Below are positions 54,459-64,000 of a stretch of DNA of 64,000 nucleotides, in pieces. The DNA lies in NCBI GenBank assembly GCA_977017575.1, contig CDRNVI010000196.1, forward strand, positions 1-64,000, given 5' to 3'. The notes below the pieces were generated by a model that worked only from the letters and a program-made list of their open reading frames with translations, was not told the origin of the DNA and did no database searches. Source of the stretch: Paramoeba atlantica. Taxonomy: Eukaryota > Protista > Discosea. The translations under genes were made by a program, and so were the position numbers. The number at the start of each line of letters is the position of its first letter. Position 1 is the stretch's first letter.

Positions 54459-56882
54459 ATGGGACATATGGAGAGAAAGAGCATTTCTCTTTTTATTCTC
54501 TTTTGTTGTTTCTTTTCTTTTCTCCTTGCTGGTCTGGAGGAGGTGGAGAGATGTGAGGAAGGTTGGGTGGGAGTTGATTGTAGTCTCTATGCTCCGCTCG
54601 CAGAGCCAGACAATATCTACACCGGATCGTTGTCGAGAAACCGATGGAGGTACTTTAACATCAAGATCTTAGGTTTCTTTCTTTCTTTTCTTTTCTTTCT
54701 TTCTTCTTTGATTCTTTTTCTCTCTGATTTTCTTTCATTCTTTTTCAGAGCCTTCTGTGAAAGTCGTTGTGACTTTAACTCAAGGAGAATCTTGTGATGG
54801 ATTAGACTTGTATGTGAGAGAATTGACACTTCCAACATTTGGTGGGTTTATCAGTCGAAATCTTTCGGATTTCACTGAAAAATCCTTAGAATTTGAAGCT
54901 CCTGGTTTGCTCTTTTCTCACTTCTTGTCTTTTTTCGAGATGTGTGAGTGTGGAGATTTTGCTTTCTGACCACAAATTTCAAGAGGGGTTTTATTACTTT
55001 GGTATTTTTGGGTTCCGAGACTGCGGTGAGTTTACCCTCAGTTACACTGTATTATCAGCATGCGATTGTGCAACCCCTCAGAGTGGTGAATGTCTTGCGG
55101 GATCAAATAAATGTACTTGCGCTGCGGGCTATGTAGGTCCTAAGTGTTCTCTTGAATATACACCTTCTCCTTCTGGTCAACAAAACGCTCGAAGTAACTT
55201 TGAAGGGTGGTCTTACTATGCAATTGAAGTCGATGAACAACCTCGCCAATTACGATTTGAGCTCCGAAAAGGAGGAGATGAAGATACCACCGATTTTCTT
55301 GATATGTATGTTGCTGCGAATCGTCCTCCTTTTATTCATGACTATGATTATCGAACTATTGGTCGTAGTGATCAAACTTTGGAGAGAATCCTTCTTTCTC
55401 AGGTTTCTTGTTTTTATTCCTATACTATTTTCTCAATATTGAGCCGGACAATGAATAATTTATTTTCAAAAAAAAAAACAAGCCTGATGCAAACACGGTG
55501 TACTTTTTTGCAGTCCATGCAATTCAAATATCCACCTTCCATGTGATTGCAGAACTCTCACCTTTGGGCGATGAGTGTCTGAACCAATGCTCAAACCATG
55601 GTAAGCCCCCATTTCTCTTTTCAATTTTTTAAAACAAAGAGAACATGACAAAAGAAAAAAAAATGGATGGATAGGTCCCTGTGCTAATGGAATTTGTCGA
55701 TGTAACCCTGGTTTTTCTGGGCCCTCATGTGAACATATGGATAATGGTCTCTCTTTGGGAGATTCTCAAACTGGGTCTCTTTTATCTTTAAATGTGATTT
55801 TTAATTAATTTTTTTTTTAACTTTTAATTTGAATCAGATATGCCGATCAGGGTGCTTGGAACTATTATTGGATTGATGTTGATACTGCAACCAATGCTGT
55901 GGTCCATATGGAACAAGTTAATTTTTGATTGGATCAGAAGAAAGAACTTTCTTGAAAGAAAGAGAAACTGATTTTTTGAAATTATTTTTCAGCCACCAGA
56001 CCGGGCAGATTGTGATTTGTATCTTAAAAGGGGGGGAGTTCCCAATTTCTTCAATTATGATCTTGCTGAATTCTCTACTGAATCATATTTTCCACTTGCC
56101 ATTCCAAATCCTGGTGGAATCTGGTTTTTTTTTCTTTTTCTCCACTTTCCCCTCTCTCCTTTCATCTTTTGTCTTTCCATTTTTGTTTCATTTTTTTTTT
56201 AAAAAAAATTGATTTGTGTGTTCTTTGAAAAAAGGCATATTGGAGTTTTTGGATTCCTGGAATGTGAATATACCATGTCAGTTCACATTGAGGTGGATTG
56301 CAACTGTGCTGTCAATGGTCATGGGATGTGTCAACCTGGCCAAACTGAATGTATTTGTAGTCAAGGGTGGGGCGGTTTTGACTGCAATGTTCCTGTGGCT
56401 CCTCTTCAAATGTTTTTTTTTTTTTTTAAACAATTATTTAACAATGTTTTTTTTTGTCAAGTTTTTCAATTTTTAATCAAATTTTTTTTTAGAAATGTTC
56501 CAATGAAAGACCAGGCAGTTTCTATCCACAGCTGGACTTTTTACTCTTTTGAAGTTCCAGCCAAGTGCAGTGGTGTGACTGTGGCAATCCGTGAGACAAA
56601 TACAGCTGGAAGTTTATGGCTCTATGTCAATGCAAAAGAAGCTCCAACTTTAATTTCTTTTGATTATACAGAACAATCAACTACATCTGCTCTCCATCAA
56701 ATTGATTTTATTCCTGATTTTATTTCTGGTTTTTTTTTTTTTCCTTCTCTCTTTTTCTTAGTTTGTGAAAGCTGACCACTCTTTCTCAAGAAAATGTTCT
56801 AATCATTGGTGTGTTTGCGAATCCATATGCGTCACAAAACCTAGTAATTTTTGATCTTGTTGCTTGGCATACTCCTTTTTAA
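54459..56882 (+). CDS. Secreted protein of alternating EGF-like and PPC (pre-peptidase C-terminal-like) domains
   Basis: Signal peptide; EGF motifs CEEGWVGVDC, CTCAAGYVGPKC, CRCNPGFSGPSC, CICSQGWGGFDC. Each is followed by a WxYY/F...DxDLYV..G..P...YD beta-domain (e.g. DCDLYLKRGGVPNFFNYD). Ends AWHTPF*. Confidence 0.75.
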
Positions 56883-57239
56883 GATTCGAATAAATTCTTG
56901 GTTTGTAATTCCGATTTCAGAAAATCGAACCAAAAACTTTTTGGAAACATTTGATTTTTAAAAAAATATCAAATAAAAGAACAAAAGAAAAGTTTCCTTC
57001 TTGCCCGTTTCTCGCTCCATCCCGAAAGTCATATTGTGCGGGGAAAAGGGATCCTTTTTTAAACTTTCAAACTGCTGACTTTAATTTTTGGTGCTGTTTT
57101 GAAATGTTCCCAATTTTTGGTTTCAACTCACCGTTTATTTTCACTTTTCTTGGACGAAAGACCAATCTCAGAGAGACAAAGACAAAAAGACAAAAAGACA
57201 AAGACGCGGACAAAGACAAGATAAGACACACCCCAAAAC

Positions 57240-59756
57240 ATGATTCACTTTTTGCTGGTCTCTTCTCTTTTCTTTTTTTCTTTTTTGGTGTTGAATGGTG
57301 ACCAAACAAATAGTTTTCTCTTTTGTTTGTTTTTTGTCCAGTACACGGAGCTTCAAGTGCTGAGACACAAGGTTTTCTCTCTTTCTCTCTCTCTCTTTTT
57401 CTCCCTCTCTCCTTTCCTTTCTCTCTTCCCCTTTTCTCTCTCTCTTTCTCATAATCTTTTGAAAAGCTTTGACCAATTTTTACACTTCAACAAATGGCGC
57501 AAATTGGACATTCAACAAAGGATGGTTGAGTGGTGATCCTTGTTCTGGTAATTGGCTTGGTGTTGGATGTAGTCAAAACTCCAATGTTATCTTTTTGTAT
57601 GTTCCTTTTTTTCTTTTTTCTTTTTTGATATTTTCTTTTTTTTTCTTTTGGTTTTTTGTTCAAAGTGTTTTTTTGTTCTCTTTTTTCTCTCTCTTGTTCT
57701 CATTTTTTATTCAATTTTTCAAAAGGAGTTTGAGACAAAACAATTTAGTTGGAACAATTCCCTCTGATTTTGGATCTCTGTCAAATTTGACCCGCTTGTA
57801 TGCGTTTTTTCTTTTTTTTCTTCCTTTTTTTCTTGATTCTTTTTCATTTTATTATTTCAAATTATGTTTTTATCAATATATTGATTCCTATAAAAAATTG
57901 ATCCTTTTTTATAGGAATTTGGAGGACAATTCTTTGTATGGCGACGTTCCTTCTTCTTTTTCCCAACTTACAAACTTGGAGAATTTGTATTTTTTTTTTT
58001 TTTAAAAACAATTTATTTCGATAATCTAAATTATCTTCCTTTTGGTTCTGTGAATAATTCTTGTTTTTTCTTTTCTTTTCTTTATTCTTTCTTTTTGATA
58101 GGGTTCTTACTTCAAATTCATTGAGTGGAGAAATTTTTGAAATTCTTGGATCAACAACTCAATTGGGTCTCATGTATATTTTTCTTTTTCTTTTTCTTTT
58201 CTTTTTCTCTTTCTTTTGTGATTCATTAAAAATGAAAAAAAAAGATTTTTCGCCCACAACAAGTTTACAGGAACGATCCCCACTCAAATCGGGAACACAT
58301 TTCTTTTTGACTTGTAAGATTTTTCATTTCTTTTATTTATTCTTCATTTTTTTCTGTTCTTTTTTTCAAGTGATTTTCATTGTTTTGTCTTCTTTCCTCC
58401 TTTCTCATTTTTCTCTTCAAATCATTTTAGGTATTTGGAGCATAACTCTTTCTCTGGATCAGTTCCGACTACACTTGGAACATTAGGAAATGGAGGACTT
58501 TTCGATATGTTTGTTATTTGTTATTTTTGTTTTTATATTTGTTTCTAAAACTAAATGGGCTCAATTATCTTTCTTTTCTGCTTTCTCTTTTTCTTTGTTT
58601 CTCCCTTTTTTCTTTTCTTTTCTTTTAGTTACCTCAATCATAACCAATTGTCGGGATCACTCCCAACTGAAATAGGGCTCCTTACAAATGCTTTTGATCT
58701 GTTATTTTTTCTCTTTTATTATAAAGCTATTTTTAAGTTTTAATTTTTCACTAATGTCTTTTTTCTTTTCTTTTCTTTTAGTTACCTCAATGATAACCAA
58801 TTATCAGGATCACTTCCAACTGAAATAGGGAATTGGCAGAATATTTTTCAAGTGTATTTCTTTCTTTCAGTTATTCTTGTTGTTGTTTTTGTTTTAATAC
58901 AAAAAGAGAGAAAAAAAGCAATAGAAGAAAAGAGAAATTTGAAGAGAAATTTTTTTTTGTTTGATTTTTTTTTTTCATTCTTTCTCTCTTTTCTTTTTTT
59001 ATAGACGTTTGCATAACAACCAATTCTCTGGCTCACTTCCAACTGAAATTGCAAATATTAGTCCTTTTGAAATGTACAATTTTCATTCTTTTCTCCCTCT
59101 TTCTTCTCATTTCTTTATTAACTTATTCTTTTTTAGGAGTCTCAATAACAACGCATTTGAAGGAGATATTCCTGCAATGAGTTCACCTTTTAGATTGTAT
59201 GATATTTCTTTCAAATTTCTCTCTCTAACCGCTTTTTTTTTTTGTTCTCTTATGATTTTTTCTTTCTTTCTGATCTTTCTTTTAGATTTATGCAACACAA
59301 CAAATTTACAGGAACATTTCCACAATCTCTCTTCGATACTTTTACTTTGTATAATTTTTTTTTTTTAAATTTAATTATTTTCTTTTATGTCTTCTTTTTC
59401 AATTTAAAATTTCCTTTCCCTTGTTCTTCTCTTTCCTCTTTTCTTTTGCTTAGGGATCTTTCTCATAATTCACTGAAAGGAACAATTCCATCAAGCCAGT
59501 TTGGTCCTGTAAATTTGTAATTTCCTTTTTAAACTTTTTTTACAATTCCTTCAACATCCTAAAAAAAAATGTGATCAGGCGAGCAGCAAATAATTTTTTC
59601 AGTGGTTCAATTGAAAATGCTGATTGGCTTTGTGAAGTTGAATATCTTGATCTGAGTGGCAATTTCATTGAATGTCCCCTTCTATCTTGTTGTTCTGAAA
59701 AGGGGAATGGTGGTTGTGTTATGAGTCCTGATCTCCCATGCTATCCTTCTTCATAG
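57240..59756 (+). CDS. Secreted plant-type LRR protein (LRRNT cap, ~12 LRR exons, Cys C-cap, no TM)
   Basis: ALTNFYTSTNGANWTFNKGWLSGDPCSGNWLGVGC. Exons such as 57726-57797 (72 nt, SLRQNNLVGTIPSDFGSLSNLTRL), YLNHNQLSGSLPTEIG and DLSHNSLKGTIP. Ends LDLSGNFIECPLLSCC...PCYPSS. Confidence 0.85.
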
Positions 59757-60302
59757 TTTTTTCTTCTTTTTTCCTTTTTTTTGAATAAAATTGACTGTTA
59801 TCTTTCATGTGATTAGTTCCAAATCTTCTGGACAATCTCATTTCCATTCGAGAAAATGAAAAATGAGAACTTCACTCTAAAACGAAGGCGCTAAAAGTTC
59901 TGTTGCTTTTTTATTTTCGGAGGAAACGGGAAGAAAAAAGGAGAAGAAGAACAAGAGGAGGAGGGGATTGTGTCGAAGATCTATCAAAGTTTAGATGACT
60001 TATTGGCTTGTCGTATCCTGGCAACAGACTGGCGACAATTTGGGATATGTGACATTCACTTTGCGATAACCAGCAACTTGCGACAACGAGTCCGTTTGAT
60101 TGAAAATAATACAAAGGAGGTTCCTATTTTTGGGATAAGGAGGATCCTTTTCTCAGTTTCTGTCACCCGTTTTCTGAACTTTTATTTGTCTGTTTTCGTC
60201 TCTCTCTCCTATTTGGATTGGTTCAACGGTTTGTGTATTCTTCCAGAGGGAATTAAGAAGATCAACTTCACCAAATCAAAAAACTCTCTTTCAAGAAAAG
60301 GC

Positions 60303-61540
60303 ATGACTGACGTTTCGCAAAATCTTTTTGCTGCGATTGGTGAGGGAGATGAACGACTTGTGAAAGATCTTCTTCAAAAACAAGAAAGCATTCTGAACTT
60401 TCAAACTGAGGTTTTTTTCTTTTTGTTTCTTTCTTTCTTTCGAGTTTGTTTGATTGGTTGCTGTGATAGTCCGGATTTTCCCCTTTTCATCAAGCTGCTT
60501 TGGTCGGTAGAGAAGAAATTGCGAAAATTTTGGTTCAATATGGCGCTAAGATTGATATTCAAAAAGAAGTTTTGATTCTTTTTTTTTCTTGACATTCTCT
60601 TTTGTTTTGAAATGGGTGTTGTTAATTGTTGATTCCTTTTTTTTGTGAAGGATGGGGTGGTTCCTCTCCACCTCGCTGCTGAATTGCGCAGAGAAGAAAT
60701 GGTGAAATTTTTGATTGAGGATGGAGCAAAGATTGATATTCAAGACAATGTTTTGATTCTTTTTTTTTCTTGTCCTTCTCTTTTGTTGAAAACAAAAGAA
60801 CCAAAGGAGTGTTGTTTTGTTTGTTTGTCGGTCTAATCTCATTTTCTTTTCTTTGTTTTTGCTGGTTTGTGTTAGGAAGGATTTACCCCTCTCCACTATG
60901 CTGCGCTTGAAGGTTTTGAAGACATCACGGAAATTTTGGTTAAACATGGAGCTAATCTTGATCTTCAAGATCAAGTTTTTATTTTTTATCTTTTTTTATT
61001 GATGTTCTATTTTGTATTCACACAAACAACAAACAACACTCCATCTTTTGATCTTTTCTGTTGACACTCCCCCAATTCAAAACAATCTCAAATATTGTCT
61101 CATTTTCTTTTCTTTTCTTAATTTTATTGATTTGGAATTTAGAATAAAGCTACCCCTCTTCATTATGCTGCTGAAGAAGGTTTTGAAGAAATTGTGGAAC
61201 TTTTGGTTTCACATGGAGCAAAGATTGATATTCAAAATGAAGTATTTTGATTTTATCTTTGTTGACATTATTTGAAAGTGTTTTTAATGTTTGGATTGAT
61301 TGGTTGATTGATTTGTAGTGTGAGGATGGAGTGTGGATATTTTTTTTTAAAACTCTTATTAGGATTATCAAACAGTCTTTGAGATTGCAAAAAATCAACA
61401 AATTGTTGAATTGATCAACGCATTAAACGTTTGATTTTCCCTTTTTATTTTCTTTTCACATTTTTTGAATTTTAATCTTCATTTTTTTTTGATCACAGAG
61501 GAAAAATATCAAACCAGCAAAAATTGCTGGTTTGAACTGA
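60303..61540 (+). CDS. Ankyrin-repeat protein (subtelomeric paralog of the same family)
   Basis: MTDVSQNLFAAIGEGDERLVKDLL, exons SGFSPFHQAA, DGVVPLHLAAE, FTPLHYAAL, KATPLHYAAE, DYQTVFEIAK. Ends RKNIKPAKIAGLN*. Confidence 0.8.
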
Positions 61541-61594
61541 AAAGTTTAAATAAATCAAAAGGTTTCCTCTTAAAATTTTGGATCAAAATTGATA

Positions 61595-62362
61595 TCAACC
61601 ATTTTTCTCTTCAAAACCCTCCTTTTTCAGGAACAAGTATTGCGGGAACCCAGTTGACGTGAAAGAAATAGAACATGAGACCAAACTGGCTGTGGCATCA
61701 TCACTCACACGCTCATTACTCCAAACAGAAAGTGATGCAACAAATCCGAGTTCCAGAGTTCCAAGAAAATACCAGAAGATTGGAACCCAAGGTTGAGAGA
61801 AAAAATAATTCAAGACCATCAGAATAAAGATAGCAAAAGAAGAGATGATTCCAACAACCAACACAATTAATCGAGTTGATGTGGGCCTGTGAGCATATGG
61901 TTCTGGGAGATTGTCTTCATCACTGTTAGGAAGACAATGAAACTAAGGAAGTTGTTGAAACTTGTTCATAACTCCAGGATCGTCAAATTGATATGAATGA
62001 AGCTCTGAATCCTCCCAAAAGAAGTCAAGAAATTGATCTTCTCCAAATTGGATGGCTCCTCTTTTTTGAGTCGGAACACTTTTGCAAGGAAGGAAAATTA
62101 CTTTGTCTGATGAAGTGAGATCAAGAAGGAAGATTTTACCAGATAACCCAATCCCAGTAGCTGGTATAAGTGAATAAATCACTACTTCTTGAGTTCCAAA
62201 AGTGATGAGGTTGAGAGATTGAGAACAAACAAGTGGGATTGCGAAAGATTTTTCAGGCTTGAAAGAGGGGGTGCGGGCAATAGTTGGGAGGAACCCATTC
62301 ATGAAGAAGAACCCAAACATGATGTAATACCAATAGAATTGAAAGGTCTGCAGACAAAACAT
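61595..62362 (-). pseudogene. Intronless putative membrane-protein ORF interrupted by one in-frame TAG
   Basis: ORFs 62362-61943 and 61864-61595 share one frame, separated only by TAG at 61943-61945. Hydrophobic segments lie at both ends. No family recognised. Confidence 0.35.
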
Positions 62363-62416
62363 GTAGAGTAGTAAAGGAGTTTTTATTGCCTTTTTATCAA
62401 AATCTTAGTTGATTAT

Positions 62417-63267
62417 TGCACACGAGCAATGTGCGCTACTCTGAAGACACTTGGCTCTATTCGTTTGATCCGACTCTTGATCTTCTCCAAGTCAATTCCC
62501 AATCTCCTTCAAGTTGACCCTTGGTCTCCTCCAAGTCGACCTTCTGTGAATCTAAATAAAGAACACCATTGATGATGTCATCAGGAAGTTTCTCGCTTTT
62601 TCGTGAGACTTCTGAGGACTGCTCTTCAGTTGTCCATTCAACATATTTCTGACACGCCTTCTTTAGTCTGTACCAAAGTAGACGTGTTCATTGGTGATGC
62701 CGGTTTTGATTTTCGGAACTCACACTCACTTTCGATACTGAGATTGAACATTTGTTCTTTGAATTGAAACAACAACAGTGCCTTGTTTTCGCGAACAAAC
62801 ATTCTGGTGAAGTTTTTTCCTGGAGGCCAGGTTTCCTCTGCACACGAGCAATGTGCGCTACTCTGAAGACACTTGGCTCTCTGCTCTATTCGTTTGATCC
62901 GACTCTTGATCTTCTCCAAGTCAATTCCCAATCTCCTTCAAGTCGACCCTTGGTCTCCTCCAAGTCGATCTTCTGTGAATCTAAATAAAGAACACCATTG
63001 ATGATGTCATCAGGAAGTTTCTCGCTTTTTCGTGAGACTTCTGAGGACCGCTCTTCAGTTGTCCATTCAACATATTTCTGACACGCCTCCTTTAGTCTGT
63101 ACCAAAGTAGACGTGTTCATTGGCGACGCCGGTTTTGATTTTCGGAACTCACGCTCACTTTCGATACCGAGATTGAACATTTGTTCTTTAAATTGAAACA
63201 ACAACAGTGCCTTGTTTTCGCGAACAAACATTCTGGTGAGGTTTTCTCCTGGAGGCCAGGTTTCCTC
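62417..63267. repeat. Two tandem copies of a ~425-bp subtelomeric repeat
   Basis: tgcacacgagcaatgtgcgctactctgaagac... starts at 62417 and 62839. Copies differ by scattered substitutions and a 7-bp indel (ctgctct). Confidence 0.92.
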
Positions 63268-63444
63268 ACAACAACCGATCTTCTACTTTCGATCGTTTAT
63301 CTTCTTTTTGAGTCGGCTATTTTTCCACCAATTGGTTTTTTGAGCGAGCGACTTTTCTTTTTTTTTAACTTTAAGCACCAGTTTTCCCATTGGGTTTTTC
63401 TACTGCTCTGAGCCCATTGTATTGTATTCTTCGATTTCATCTAA

Positions 63445-64000
63445 TTAGGGTTTAGGGTTTAGGGTTTAGGGTTTAGGGTTTAGGGTTTTAGGGTTTAGGG
63501 TTTAGGGTTTAGGGTTTAGGGTTTAGGGTTTAGGGTTTAGGGTTTAGGGTTTAGGGTTTAGGGTTTAGGGTTTAGGGTTTAGGGTTTAGGGTTTAGGGTT
63601 TAGGGTTTAGGGTTTAGGGTTTAGGGTTTAGGGTTTAGGGTTTAGGGTTTAGGGTTTAGGGTTTAGGGTTTAGGGTTTAGGGTTTAGGGTTTAGGGTTTA
63701 GGGTTTAGGGTTTAGGGTTTAGGGTTTAGGGTTTAGGGTTTAGGGTTTAGGGTTTAGGGTTTAGGGTTTAGGGTTTAGGGTTTAGGGTTTAGGGTTTAGG
63801 GTTTAGGGTTTAGGGTTTAGGGTTTAGGGTTTAGGGTTTAGGGTTTAGGGTTTAGGGTTTAGGGTTTAGGGTTTAGGGTTTAGGGTTTAGGGTTTAGGGT
63901 TTAGGGTTTAGGGTTTAGGGTTTAGGGTTTAGGGTTTAGGGTTTAGGGTTTAGGGTTTAGGGTTTAGGGTTTAGGGTTTAGGGTTTAGGGTTTAGGGTTT
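63445..64000 (+). repeat. Telomere (TTTAGGG)n, G-rich strand toward the chromosome end
   Basis: Continuous TTTAGGG array to the window end. First unit is TTAGGG, with one TTTTAGGG variant at ~63486. Confidence 0.99.

Noticed and set aside
61943-61945. In-frame TAG here (and TGA at 3542) as a sign of stop-codon reassignment
   Set aside because: Conserved genes end in TAA (H3, SAHH, CDC48), TGA (SENP, ankyrins, PARP) or TAG (5178), and their exons contain no in-frame stops. Standard code fits; pseudogenisation or an intron explains these cases.
62417-63267. Subtelomeric repeats or intronic minisatellites as a CRISPR array
   Set aside because: No constant repeat with unique spacers, no cas genes, and a eukaryotic context.

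Overview
This 64 kb is the distal right end of a chromosome from an AT-rich, intron-rich unicellular eukaryote. It is a protist, but the lineage cannot be fixed from sequence alone; the H3 tail is reminiscent of amoebozoans. The window ends in a (TTTAGGG)n telomere at 63445-64000, preceded by a duplicated ~425-bp subtelomeric unit. Genes use the standard code and GT-AG introns that are T/C-rich on the sense strand; most long ORFs in the six-frame track are shadows of (GA/CT)n tracts. I reconstructed the spliced genes by hand. A housekeeping island (SENP/Ulp1, ACBP, histone H3, SAHH, CDC48/p97, a SAM methyltransferase) sits among surface, secreted and repeat-protein genes: kexin/furin-like proteins, an HS2ST-like sulfotransferase, a C2/coiled-coil protein, a GPI-type DUF4331 protein, five ankyrin genes, an EGF-PPC protein and two plant-type LRR genes. 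There are two highlights. (1) A receptor-like protein joins an LRR ectodomain, a Pro/Thr stalk and a TM helix to a cytoplasmic tankyrase-type PARP domain with an intact H-Y-E triad and a C-terminal CFCC motif; a soluble LRR relative lies about 17 kb away. (2) A single gene encodes two tandem kexin-like S8+P modules in which all catalytic Asp/His/Ser residues are replaced (Ser->Gln in both) and a PA-like domain is inserted into each P domain. Exon-boundary tandem duplications that create decoy splice sites recur in at least three genes. Coordinates and family calls come from manual reading and motif recall, not database searches.
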